Shown here in pieces: positions 51,175-61,526 of a stretch of 64,000 nt of DNA. Position 1 is the first letter of the stretch. Every line of letters begins with the position of its first letter. Origin of the DNA: Arcobacteraceae bacterium (GTDB lineage: Bacteria > Campylobacterota > Campylobacteria > Campylobacterales > Arcobacteraceae); contig CBDCZH010000015.1 in the NCBI GenBank assembly GCA_965224485.1, positions 320,001 through 384,000 of the forward strand, read 5' to 3'. A program made the translations under genes and the position numbers. The notes beneath the pieces were generated by a model. It had not been told where the DNA came from. It ran no database searches and saw nothing but the letters and a program-made list of their open reading frames with translations.

Positions 51175-53166
51175 TTAAAATCTATAAGCTAATTGCACAC
51201 CTATTTCTCTAGGTTCTGATAAGACAGTATAATAGTCATATAAACCTTCGGTATCATGTTCTTTATTTAATATATTTTTACCATATAAATAAATATCATA
51301 ATCATCAGACTCATATCCTATTTTTAAATTTACAAGTTTATAAGCATCTTGTTTTATTTTATTTGATCTATTTAAAAACATGCTTCCTACACCATTTAAA
51401 TCAGCTCTTGCATAATATCCATTCATATCTCTATATTGTAAGGCTAAACTATAATTGTATTTTGGAGCATAAGGATTATAATTCCCTTCATAATTACCTA
51501 AAGAATCTTTAAATTTACCAAAAACTGTTCTATTATAAGCTAAAGAAGAGAATAGAGTTAACTCTTTATTGATTTTATAATTTAGCTCTAACTCAATTCC
51601 TTTTGAACTAGCAACTCCTGCATTTGAAATATAACTAGTTGTTTGATCAATAGCTGTCATTACTTGCATATTTGAAATATCCATGTAATATAAAGAAGCA
51701 TTAAATACTAAGCTATTATCAAAAAATGAGTTTTTAGAACCTATTTCATAATTCCAAATAGTTTCATCTTCATAAGCCATTTTATCAACAGGTGCGAACT
51801 GATAATATCCTCCACTTTTAAAACCTTTTGAGATAGTAGCATACGCCATTTTATTTTTATCAATTTGATATTCTAATGAAACTTTAGGTGAAAAAGAAGA
51901 AAAAGTATTATCTAAGTTTGTATTAGATTTTTCAATATATATTTCACTATCACTTTTATCGTATCTAAGTCCCCCTAATATTGATATATTATTTGTTAGT
52001 TGATAATCTGCATGAGCAAATATTCCAAAAGAATCATCTTTTGTAGTACTTTGATAACTTCCAGTTTTATTAGGAATTGTAGATTTAAGTTTATAACCAC
52101 CTTCAATTTTATTTTTATCTACAAAGATACCAGTAAGCCAAGTTATTTTATCATCTACAAAACTTAATTTAAGTTCTTGAGATAGATCAGTCATAGGGAT
52201 ATCTACCTTACTATGAAAGGTATATGGAACACCAGCTGAAAAATCAAAATCTCCCAATCTATCATCAATATACTTTTTATATGAAGTAATTGATTCTATT
52301 TTATATTTATCAAAACTATATTCTACTTTTAAAGCCGTAGTTTTTGTTATATTTTTTATATAACCAATTAGATCACTTGTAGTAACTCTATTGTCTTCTA
52401 CTCCTACATTATTTTGAGAAATCGTTCCATCATCTCTTTTAAGTATTGTAGAAATTAAACCAATATCTAAATTATCATTAGGAGTTGCTCTAAGATAAAA
52501 TTTCGCAAAATTGCTTTTCCTATCATTTTCAGTTCTTTTTAAATTTGAGTTATATAAAAAACCATCTTTCTCATAATGTTGTACATCAAAACCAATATAA
52601 AATTTATCTTGGATTATTGGACCACTTACACTTGCAGAATACTCTTTTTTATTATCTTGCCCAAATTCTAAATTAAGTTCACCTTTAAATTCATTATTCG
52701 GTTTATTTGTTATTATATTAATTACACCAGCTTCTGCATTTTTTCCATAAAGTGTTCCTTGAGGTCCTTTTAATACTTCTACTCTTTTTATATTCTTTAA
52801 AAACATTTCAGTTGCTGAACTACTACTAAAAGGAATACCATCAATATAAATACTTACAGAACTTGAAGGTAGTTGAGGGTCTGTACTTATACCTCTAATC
52901 GTTGGAGCTAATCCCCCAAAACCACCTGAATCAAATAACAATAAGTTAGGTGTATAATAAGCCAAATCTTTAACTGATTTTATATTTTTATCTTTTAGAG
53001 AAAACTCATCAAAAACACTCATCGAAATTGGAACATTTTGCATATTCTGTTCTACTTTTTGTGCAGTTACTGTTATTGCATCTAAATTATTTACTTCATT
53101 TGCAAATATGTTATTTGCCAAAAGTAATGAAACACTAAGTGAAAGCATTATTCTTTTCTTACTCAT
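51175..53166 (-). CDS. TonB-dependent receptor 2 (FyuA-like)
   Basis: ITVTAQK, RVEVLKGPQGTLYG, C-terminal YRF. Confidence 0.93.
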   Translation of the reverse strand: MSKKRIMLSLSVSLLLANNIFANEVNNLDAITVTAQKVEQNMQNVPISMSVFDEFSLKDKNIKSVKDLAYYTPNLLLFDSGGFGGLAPTIRGISTDPQLPSSSVSIYIDGIPFSSSSATEMFLKNIKRVEVLKGPQGTLYGKNAEAGVINIITNKPNNEFKGELNLEFGQDNKKEYSASVSGPIIQDKFYIGFDVQHYEKDGFLYNSNLKRTENDRKSNFAKFYLRATPNDNLDIGLISTILKRDDGTISQNNVGVEDNRVTTSDLIGYIKNITKTTALKVEYSFDKYKIESITSYKKYIDDRLGDFDFSAGVPYTFHSKVDIPMTDLSQELKLSFVDDKITWLTGIFVDKNKIEGGYKLKSTIPNKTGSYQSTTKDDSFGIFAHADYQLTNNISILGGLRYDKSDSEIYIEKSNTNLDNTFSSFSPKVSLEYQIDKNKMAYATISKGFKSGGYYQFAPVDKMAYEDETIWNYEIGSKNSFFDNSLVFNASLYYMDISNMQVMTAIDQTTSYISNAGVASSKGIELELNYKINKELTLFSSLAYNRTVFGKFKDSLGNYEGNYNPYAPKYNYSLALQYRDMNGYYARADLNGVGSMFLNRSNKIKQDAYKLVNLKIGYESDDYDIYLYGKNILNKEHDTEGLYDYYTVLSEPREIGVQLAYRF

Positions 53167-53278
53167 AAATATCCTTATTTATTAAATTTTAAGTAGTCAG
53201 TAGTATAATCAATAACAATAATTAAAATCAATAGTATTAATATTTAAAAGATATTATTTTTTATTAGAAAGGGATTTT

Positions 53279-54163
53279 ATGATAAACGAGTATAAAATAA
53301 ATAATCATATAACATTACACAAAGTTGATAAATTATTTGACCAAGATATCACAAGTATACGAAAAAATAATATAAATGGACTTATTTTATATATAAATTT
53401 TCAAAAAGACAATGAAAATGAATATACTAGCTTACTAAATGATTATAATATAAAAACTAAAAAAAATCATACTATTATTGATATAATCAATGAGGACGAG
53501 GGTATATCAAAAATAAAAAAAAATACTCATAAACAATTTATTCAACTTGTAATTGAAAAAGATTTTTTAAAAGATTTGATACCAGAAAACAAAAACAATG
53601 AAAAATTCATAAATTTCTTTAAAAGTAATAAAAATATTGAAAATGTAAGTTATAAAAAAACAAATCAAAAAACACAATTATTAGCACATGAAATTTTTAA
53701 TAATAATTTTGATAATAAATTAGAAAAGTTATTTATAGAATCAAAAGTATTAGAACTAATTTATACAGAATTTAAATCTTTATTTTATGATAATAAAACA
53801 ATTATAAATAAAACTATTAAATTATCAAGTACAGATAAAGATGCGATATATAAAGCAAGAGAAATATTGATTAATAATATTTCAAATCCTCCAAATATAA
53901 AAGAATTAGCTAGACTAGTTGCAATTAATGATTTGAAATTAAAGATTGGATTTCATCAATTTTTTAATGAAACACCTTATAGTATATCTTTAGAATATCG
54001 TTTACAAGAAGCAAAATCACTTTTAGAGAAAAGTGAACTAAATATAAATGAAATATCAAAAAAAGTAGGTTATAAATATACTCCAAGTTTTTCAAATGCT
54101 TTTATAAAAAGATTTGGTTTAAGACCAAAAGATATTATGAAAACTAGAACGTATTATTATTAG
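53279..54163 (+). CDS. AraC family regulator 2 (PchR/YbtA-like)
   Basis: NPPNIKELA...LKIGF...NINEIS...FSNAF. Confidence 0.92.
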   Translation: MINEYKINNHITLHKVDKLFDQDITSIRKNNINGLILYINFQKDNENEYTSLLNDYNIKTKKNHTIIDIINEDEGISKIKKNTHKQFIQLVIEKDFLKDLIPENKNNEKFINFFKSNKNIENVSYKKTNQKTQLLAHEIFNNNFDNKLEKLFIESKVLELIYTEFKSLFYDNKTIINKTIKLSSTDKDAIYKAREILINNISNPPNIKELARLVAINDLKLKIGFHQFFNETPYSISLEYRLQEAKSLLEKSELNINEISKKVGYKYTPSFSNAFIKRFGLRPKDIMKTRTYYY

Positions 54164-54226
54164 CAGTAATTTTAAATAAGAATCTTTTATATTTAATATA
54201 AAAGATTCCTCCAAAGTTAAAAAACT

Positions 54227-55108
54227 TTATTTTACGTTAAAAGTAAGAGATGCAGAGTTAAAAACTTGATTGGCTTTTCCATATAAATCTTTTAACTTTC
54301 CGTCTTTTCTAACATCTTCTTTATGACTACAATTTACGATCCAAGATCCTGAGCTTTGTACAATAAATTGAGCTTTTCCTTTTACAATATTTGAATGAAG
54401 TGAGAATTTATTACTTTGACCAAAAGAGTTACTAAAAGCTGTTATAAAATCAATACTATTAGCTGTAATGTTAAGTGGTATATTGTTAAATAAAACTCTA
54501 AACTCAAGCAAATCTCCAACTTTTACATTAGATAAATCACTTATTGGAATTATTTCTAAACCATGACCTAAGGGTTTTTGCTCACTCCACGATCCAAGTG
54601 TTAAATAAGATTTTGCGAAAGCTTGATATTTTACAGACATTAAAACTTTTTTTATATTTTTTACTTTATCTCTTGATTTAAGAGATAATCTTGTTCTATT
54701 TTTTGTATCTATATATTGAGTATAAAATGTTGGTTTTGATTTTGCTTCTAAGCTATAAACACCTTTTTTACTATCTTTTTTAAGAGAAATTTTTTGTAAA
54801 GCAATTTGAGCCTCATATAAATCAAAGTTTTTAGTACTTTTAAACGGTTCTTCAATCTTACTTTTTGGAAGCTGTAATTTAGTCTTTACATTATTTGGGC
54901 TGATAATACTAAAATCTTCTATTATAACTCTTGCATTTGCAGAGTTTAATATATCATCAAGAGGTAAACTATGTCCCCAGCCTAAACTAACCATTGTATG
55001 ACCTGGTTGATGAGTAAAAGATTCCATTGAATTTATCCATAAACTATGTGAGAATAAATTACTTGCTGCAATAATAACTATGATTGATATTTTTTGTAAT
55101 AATTTCAT
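54227..55108 (-). CDS. DUF4198-like periplasmic protein
   Basis: Signal peptide then HSLW, GWGH, FAKSY, LEIIP, ASLTF. Confidence 0.75.
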   Translation of the reverse strand: MKLLQKISIIVIIAASNLFSHSLWINSMESFTHQPGHTMVSLGWGHSLPLDDILNSANARVIIEDFSIISPNNVKTKLQLPKSKIEEPFKSTKNFDLYEAQIALQKISLKKDSKKGVYSLEAKSKPTFYTQYIDTKNRTRLSLKSRDKVKNIKKVLMSVKYQAFAKSYLTLGSWSEQKPLGHGLEIIPISDLSNVKVGDLLEFRVLFNNIPLNITANSIDFITAFSNSFGQSNKFSLHSNIVKGKAQFIVQSSGSWIVNCSHKEDVRKDGKLKDLYGKANQVFNSASLTFNVK

Positions 55109-55140
55109 TTTTGTCCTTTTATTTCTAAAAGTATAATATT

Positions 55141-55159
55141 ATTGATAATATTTATCAAT
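55141..55159. promoter_or_regulatory. Fur box
   Basis: attgataa-tat-ttatcaat, perfect 8-bp dyad next to a -10 (TATACT, minus strand, 55130-55135). Confidence 0.75.
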
Positions 55160-55213
55160 ATTGTTTTTATTAATTAAGGATTTTTTTTTATTACTTATGT
55201 ATTAAATAAGAAT

Positions 55214-55250
55214 TAAAAAAGAGAAAATAATAAGGCTCTCTCTTTTTAAT
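55214..55250 (-). terminator. Terminator, copy 1 of a 37-bp direct repeat
   Basis: 35/37 identical to 57912-57948. Confidence 0.75.
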
Positions 55251-55277
55251 TTAGCAGAATAAGATAATTAGCGTTAT

Positions 55278-57524
55278 TTAATATTTTACAATTAAATTAA
55301 AATTATAATTTCTTCCAGGTGAACTGAACCTTTCTACTCCTAATCCTTTAGAATCAACCATATTTGTTGTTCCAAATTCTGGAATATTTCGCAAGTCATT
55401 CCAAGTATAATATTTTTTATTAAATATATTATTTATTCCCATACCTAAAGAAACATTTTTGTTAATATTCCAATATCCCCTTAAGTCTGAAACAAAAGCA
55501 GCTTCATTTGTATATTTTGAATATTTTTCAACTTCACCTTTCCAAGTATAGTGTGTTTCTTTTGTCTCTTCTTTCTTTTTTGCACCCATATAATTTGCTG
55601 AAAAGTAAAATCCATAATCTTTTGAATCAAAGCCAAGTCCTAAAACAACATTTAAAGGTTGTATCGCTCGCATATCATCTTTTGTACTTTTTGATCCTTT
55701 TGAATAAGTGGCTGAAAGTTTTGTATAAAAACCTTCAGTAAAATTTAAAGCTTCATGTAAGTCTAAACTACCAGAAAACTCAATACCATTTATCTTTGCT
55801 TCATCAATATTCCATTGTTTAAAATGGTATTCAGGCATATACTCTTTACCAAAACCATGACTAATAAACCATGGATTTTTCACTAAAACACTAAAAGTTC
55901 GCTCTTCTATAAAATCCTTATACTTAGTACTAAAAGCACTTAAAACAGCTTCTCCTAGTCTTCCATCAACTTTAAGAGCAATTTCTTGATTTATAGAATA
56001 TTCAGATTTTAAATCTGGATTTGGATCAATAAAATTATCCCCAGCTGTAAAGGAGAAGTATAATTCTAAGGCCTTTGGAGCTCGAAAGCCTTTACTTAAC
56101 TTATATTCTAAAGCAATTTCATCACTAAATTGATAGTTTAAACGAGTAAACCAAGTTGGTGCTGAGAACTTTTTTATTGCAAGATTATCCCTATCTTGTT
56201 TTGTACTTAAAGTATCAAGAAGAGGCTCATGCTGATACATATCATATCTTATTCCTACATCCAACTCAAAGTTGTCATATATATAAGAATCTTTTATTTT
56301 TAAATTAAGAGTTTTAGTATTAACAGGGTTAATGATACTAAAATTTCTCTCCCAAATTATTTCTCCTTTATCAAACAGAAGATCTCTATTTATATTTTTA
56401 AATCCACTATCTGAATAACCTGAGGATAAACTAATATAATGATCTCCAATACTTGTTTCAATAGGAGTGAAAGAAGTATCAATCGTAAAATTTTTTATGT
56501 TTTGTAAGGTATTTCTATCATTGGTTTGCTCAAGAATTCCATTATCTACTCCATACTTTTTAGTAATTGCATGTTGCTCTATCTTTTGTTTTGAGTATTT
56601 TAACTTTAAGGTATCTAGAAAAGAACCACTTGGCATATAATTATAAGAAAAGCCATATCGTTCATATGGAGAAATGTCTTGTGCAAAACGTCTCTCATAA
56701 TCAGTATATGATTTTTCTTCTGTATGTACATTCATTTTTCTATTTTCAAAAGAACTATCTATACAATGAATATCATTAAAACAATAACCTAGTTTACTAA
56801 GAATTGAAGTTGATTTTTTACTTGAAGGTTCTGCTATTTGTCTTGCACTTCCATAAATATCTTCACCTCTTTCATATGTTTTAGTTTCATGTCCATTTCT
56901 TCTTACTACTTGGAATAAACCTTTCATTCCTCTATCTTTAAAACCCATTCCTAAAACTTTTACTAATTCTTTATTTTTAGAACCATATGAGAATTTATTA
57001 TAAAATCCTATATTTTTGCCTGGTAGTATAAAATCTTCTGCCTCTTTCGTTCTAAACTCAACTGCACCTCCAATTCCTCCACTTCCAACACTAAAAGAAT
57101 CTGCACCTTTATTTATAACTACCTTACTTATATTTTCCAATTCTGTTGTATTTCTATTTCCACTCATATACCCATAACCTGAGTATACACTTGGCATAAA
57201 TGATTCTGCTTGAGCTATTCCATCAACTGTAATAGCAACTCTATCTGTTTCAACTCCTCTAATAGCATATCCATTAGAACCTGAACGACCACCCGAATTT
57301 ACGCTTACTCCAGGAACATTTTTAAGTAAATCATATTCATCATTAATTAACTCTTTTGTAAGTGCATCAGAGTTTTTTGTTATTTTTCTTGAATCTATAT
57401 TATCATTAAAATCTTGAATTATGATTTCACCAAGAGAGTGAGTATCTTCGTTTGCAAAACAAATACCTTGAATAAAAGTATTCATAATAATTACTGTTAA
57501 TAATTTTCTTTTAAATTTTTTCAT
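55278..57524 (-). CDS. TonB-dependent haem/haemoglobin-type receptor
   Basis: GYAIRG...DRVAITVDG, FRAP and NPDL motifs typical of haem receptors, PGRNY C-terminus. Confidence 0.85.
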   Translation of the reverse strand: MKKFKRKLLTVIIMNTFIQGICFANEDTHSLGEIIIQDFNDNIDSRKITKNSDALTKELINDEYDLLKNVPGVSVNSGGRSGSNGYAIRGVETDRVAITVDGIAQAESFMPSVYSGYGYMSGNRNTTELENISKVVINKGADSFSVGSGGIGGAVEFRTKEAEDFILPGKNIGFYNKFSYGSKNKELVKVLGMGFKDRGMKGLFQVVRRNGHETKTYERGEDIYGSARQIAEPSSKKSTSILSKLGYCFNDIHCIDSSFENRKMNVHTEEKSYTDYERRFAQDISPYERYGFSYNYMPSGSFLDTLKLKYSKQKIEQHAITKKYGVDNGILEQTNDRNTLQNIKNFTIDTSFTPIETSIGDHYISLSSGYSDSGFKNINRDLLFDKGEIIWERNFSIINPVNTKTLNLKIKDSYIYDNFELDVGIRYDMYQHEPLLDTLSTKQDRDNLAIKKFSAPTWFTRLNYQFSDEIALEYKLSKGFRAPKALELYFSFTAGDNFIDPNPDLKSEYSINQEIALKVDGRLGEAVLSAFSTKYKDFIEERTFSVLVKNPWFISHGFGKEYMPEYHFKQWNIDEAKINGIEFSGSLDLHEALNFTEGFYTKLSATYSKGSKSTKDDMRAIQPLNVVLGLGFDSKDYGFYFSANYMGAKKKEETKETHYTWKGEVEKYSKYTNEAAFVSDLRGYWNINKNVSLGMGINNIFNKKYYTWNDLRNIPEFGTTNMVDSKGLGVERFSSPGRNYNFNLIVKY

Positions 57525-57911
57525 TCTATATACAGCCTAAATAAAAAGTAGGATTCTCTGTAAAATAAGGATTCGACTCTATTTTTTTTATTTTATTTTT
57601 AATTTTTATATTCCTTTTTTTATAATTTTAATTTTTTAACTCTATGAAATTATTTTCTATGTTTTTTTATAAATTTTTTTAAATTAACAAAAAATAAATT
57701 TAATTAATCAATTGATATTATATTTACTGTACTTTGAAAAATTGAAATATTAATTTTTAGAAAGATAAATAATTTGAGTTTATTTTAGTTTATTTTTAAG
57801 AATGAAAATTATAATACGTAATTTATTAAAATTTAATTAATTATCATAATTATTATCAATATATTAATAATTATTCTTCCTATTATGTAAGTTTTGTTGA
57901 ATATTAAAGAA

Positions 57912-57948
57912 TAAAAAAGAGAAAACACTAAGGCTCTCTCTTTTTAAT
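57912..57948 (-). terminator. Terminator, copy 2 of the 37-bp direct repeat
   Basis: taaaaaagagaaaa-cac-taaggctctctctttttaat. Confidence 0.75.
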
Positions 57949-57952
57949 AAGA

Positions 57953-59941
57953 CTAGAATCTATAGGTAAGTTGAATACCTATCTCTCTTGGGTCAGAGAA
58001 TAAAACATATTTGCCTTCATAATAACCATTTGTATCATGTTGTTTATTAAATAAATTGTTTGCATATAAATAAATATCAAACTCTTCAGCCTCATATCCT
58101 ATTTTGGTACTAACTAAAGAGTAGGCTTTTTGTTCAAATTTATTTGCCTTATCTAAATACATTTTTCCATATCCATTTATATCAGCACTAGTATAATATC
58201 CAGAAGCTCCTCTATATTTTATACCTGCACTATAACTATATTTAGGAGCATAAGGATTGAAGTTTCCACTATAGTTTCCTAAAGTATCACTAAAGTCTTT
58301 AAAATTTGTTTTGTTATAACCAAGGGTTCCATATACATTTACAAAATCATTAAGCTGATATTGTAATTCTAATTCTAAACCTTTTGAACTTGAACTAGCT
58401 GCATTTGAAATATATCCACTCACTGCACTAGTTGAAGTAAGCACTTGCATATCTTTTATATCCATATAATAAGCAGTAAGATTTAAACTAAGAGTATCTT
58501 CTAAAAATTTATTCTTAATTCCTAGTTCATAATTCCATAAAGTTTCTTTGTCAAAGTTTTTTGGATTTCCAGGCGCTGCGAACATATAAAAACCACCACT
58601 TTTATAACCTTTTGCAATGCTTACATAAGTCATTTGATTATTGTTAATTTTATATTTCAAAGAAAGTTTTGGAGATATTTCACTATATGATGTTGATAAA
58701 TCAATATTTTGAGTTTTATCAGATATTTTTTTATTATCTTTATCATATCTTACTCCACTTATCAAAGTTAGAGCATCATTTATTTTATAATCTGTATGTA
58801 AAAATATACCTAAAGAGTTATTATCTAAAGTACTAGAAAACTTACCTTTAAATGCTGGATTTGCAGAATCAATTTCATATCCACCTATTTTGTTATCTTT
58901 ATCTAAATAAAGACCAAGTAAATAATTAAAATCACCTATATTATTACTCAATCTAAACTCTTGAGATTTACTTTTATATGTATCTTTGATGGTACTATGG
59001 TAAAAAGTCATCGAAGAGAAGTCATAATCACCTAATCTATAATCAAGATCTTTTTTATACGCACTAATAGATTCAAACTTATAATCATCATATAAATATT
59101 CTAATTTAAAAGCATGAGAAGTATTTTGAGATTTATTAAATCCTTGTATATTATTTGCTGTTTTTCTTGAATCAACTGCGTTCATACTATTCATAGAGGG
59201 AGCACCATCATTATATTTAGCCTTTGAAGAAATCAAAGAAAGTTTTAAATTATCACTTGCTTTATATAATAAACTTATTTTTCCATAATTGTTTTCTCTA
59301 TAGTTTTCTTTATTATTAAGATATGAGTTAGAGATAAAACCATCTTTACTATAATGTCTTGCACTTAGGTTAAAAAATAACTTATTTTCTACTATTGGGC
59401 CATTTACATTTACAGAATACTCTTTTTTATTATCACTACCAAAAGAAGCATTTACACTTCCACTGAATATATTTGTTGGTTGCTTAGTAATTACATTTAT
59501 TACACCAGCTTGTGCATTTTTTCCATATAGTGTTCCTTGTGGACCTCTTAATACTTCTATTCTCTCAATATTTTGTAAAATTGCGTTATAACCAACCGTT
59601 CCTAGAGTTGGAATACCATCAATATACATTCCAACAGTTGTAGATACAGAACTTGCGTCTGAATATAAACCTCTACTTGAAGGAGATATTGCCCCAAAGT
59701 CTCCTGGATTTACCATATATAAATTAGGTGTATACTTTCCAATATCTTTTATACTTTTAATATTTTTATCTTCTATATCAAACTGGGTAAAAACATTTAA
59801 AGATAAAGGTACCTCAAAAATACTCTCTTCTTGTTTTTGTGCAGTTACTTCAATATCAGCTAAAGTTTTTGCTTCTTTTGCCATTAAAGTATTATGCATA
59901 AGTGCAAAAACTGTAATAATACTTAAAATTGATTTATTCAT
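57953..59941 (-). CDS. TonB-dependent receptor 3 (FyuA-like)
   Basis: IEVTAQK, IERIEVLRGPQGTLYG, C-terminal YRF; clear paralogue of receptors 1 and 2. Confidence 0.93.
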   Translation of the reverse strand: MNKSILSIITVFALMHNTLMAKEAKTLADIEVTAQKQEESIFEVPLSLNVFTQFDIEDKNIKSIKDIGKYTPNLYMVNPGDFGAISPSSRGLYSDASSVSTTVGMYIDGIPTLGTVGYNAILQNIERIEVLRGPQGTLYGKNAQAGVINVITKQPTNIFSGSVNASFGSDNKKEYSVNVNGPIVENKLFFNLSARHYSKDGFISNSYLNNKENYRENNYGKISLLYKASDNLKLSLISSKAKYNDGAPSMNSMNAVDSRKTANNIQGFNKSQNTSHAFKLEYLYDDYKFESISAYKKDLDYRLGDYDFSSMTFYHSTIKDTYKSKSQEFRLSNNIGDFNYLLGLYLDKDNKIGGYEIDSANPAFKGKFSSTLDNNSLGIFLHTDYKINDALTLISGVRYDKDNKKISDKTQNIDLSTSYSEISPKLSLKYKINNNQMTYVSIAKGYKSGGFYMFAAPGNPKNFDKETLWNYELGIKNKFLEDTLSLNLTAYYMDIKDMQVLTSTSAVSGYISNAASSSSKGLELELQYQLNDFVNVYGTLGYNKTNFKDFSDTLGNYSGNFNPYAPKYSYSAGIKYRGASGYYTSADINGYGKMYLDKANKFEQKAYSLVSTKIGYEAEEFDIYLYANNLFNKQHDTNGYYEGKYVLFSDPREIGIQLTYRF

Positions 59942-60054
59942 TTATTTTCTCCTAATTATATTTGTTTAATTAATTTGTAGTATACTAATAACAAATATCA
60001 AAATCAATATATACTTTAAGAAAAAAGTATTTACTTTTAGGAAAGCAGTATTTA

Positions 60055-60993
60055 ATGTCATATAATTTTAATAGCAAGGATATAAATCAGTTTTTAGATA
60101 TAAACTCTTTTAATAAAAAAATTGATTTTCCTAAAGAAACTGGACATATGTTTATAGAAAAAAGTGTAATTTCAAGTGAAATTATCTTATTTAAAAATAG
60201 TATTCACGCAAAAAAAGATATCTCTTTATTTCAAGAAGAATCATATAGTAATACTTTATATTTAAATATTACTCTTGATGGAGAATTATTTTTTCAAGGT
60301 TTTTCAAAAAAAGATTCTTTTCTTACTAAAAAATCTCATACAACAATGTTTTTATCAAATCCTAAAAAAGGAAGTACGAATATAAAAAGAGATTCTTATA
60401 TAAAAAGCTTATCTATACTTATAAATAAAAGTTTTTTATCACCTTTAGTTTTAAATAAAATTGAGAAAAAAGAAAAACATTCAAGAATATTTCCCTCTTC
60501 TCCAAGAGTACAGCAACTAGCAAAAGAGTTATATATAAGTAATTTAAATGATGATATTGAAAAAATTTTTATTCAAAGTAAAATATTAGAAATATTATAT
60601 TGTGAAATAAACACAAGTAGTGAAATAAACATTTCACAAACAGGAATAAAATTTTCCGCTTACGATATAGAAGCCTTACATCAAGCTAAAGATATAATGC
60701 AAAATTCAATTCAAAAACCACCCTCACTTATAGAATTAAGTAAGATAGTGAAACTAAATGAGTTTAAATTGAAATTTGGTTTTAAAAAACTTTTTGGTTT
60801 AGCACCTTATGAAATTTCTAGAGAGTATAAAATGATTGAAGCAAAAAAGCTCTTAGAGTCTAGTGAATTTAATGTTGGCGAAATATCTAAAAAAGTTGGA
60901 TATAAACATATACAAACATTTTCTACTGCATTTACAAAACATTATGGAATAAAACCAAAAGATATAATGAAAAGTAGAACTTATTATTATTAG
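60055..60993 (+). CDS. AraC family regulator 3 (PchR/YbtA-like)
   Basis: KPPSLIELS...LKFGFKKLF...NVGEIS...FSTAF. Confidence 0.92.
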   Translation: MSYNFNSKDINQFLDINSFNKKIDFPKETGHMFIEKSVISSEIILFKNSIHAKKDISLFQEESYSNTLYLNITLDGELFFQGFSKKDSFLTKKSHTTMFLSNPKKGSTNIKRDSYIKSLSILINKSFLSPLVLNKIEKKEKHSRIFPSSPRVQQLAKELYISNLNDDIEKIFIQSKILEILYCEINTSSEINISQTGIKFSAYDIEALHQAKDIMQNSIQKPPSLIELSKIVKLNEFKLKFGFKKLFGLAPYEISREYKMIEAKKLLESSEFNVGEISKKVGYKHIQTFSTAFTKHYGIKPKDIMKSRTYYY

Positions 60994-61526
60994 AAAAGTA
61001 AAATTTTAAAACCTATAATTATTAAAATAACACCACCTAAAATTTCTGCTTTACTTGCATATTTTTCACCACCTTTGTACCCAAGATAAATAGCGATAAA
61101 ACTAAATATAAAAGTTGTGAACCCTATAACAAATAAAGAAAGAACAATACTAATCTCGTATAAACGCAAGGTGAAACCAGCAGCAAGTGCATCTATGCTT
61201 GTAAGACAAGCAAGGATTAAAAGAAGTTTATTGGAAGTATCTGTTTCAACATCTTCATCTTTGTTATAAGCTTCATATATCATTTTTACACCAATGAGTA
61301 CTAATAAAGCAAATGATATTAAAGTATATGATTCACCAATAAAATCCTTTAAGCCTAATCCACCTAAATATCCAAGTAAAGGCATCAAAGCCTGAAAAAA
61401 ACCAAAAAACAAAGCAACTTTTAAAGCAAATACTTTTATATTTTTATGTTTTTTCATTCCCAAACCTATTGAAACGGCAAAAGCATCCATACTAAGAGCT
61501 AAAGCTAAGAAGAAAACCTCAATCAC
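60990..61526 (-). CDS. mntP: Manganese efflux pump MntP family
   Basis: ALSMDAFAVS, TSIDALAAG, AEILGGVILI. Confidence 0.88.
   Translation of the reverse strand: MIEVFFLALALSMDAFAVSIGLGMKKHKNIKVFALKVALFFGFFQALMPLLGYLGGLGLKDFIGESYTLISFALLVLIGVKMIYEAYNKDEDVETDTSNKLLLILACLTSIDALAAGFTLRLYEISIVLSLFVIGFTTFIFSFIAIYLGYKGGEKYASKAEILGGVILIIIGFKILLF

Noticed and set aside
57530..57900. Long, extremely AT-rich intergenic stretch (also 7300-7750)
   Set aside because: No credible ORF, iteron or DnaA-box cluster; consistent with ordinary promoter DNA.
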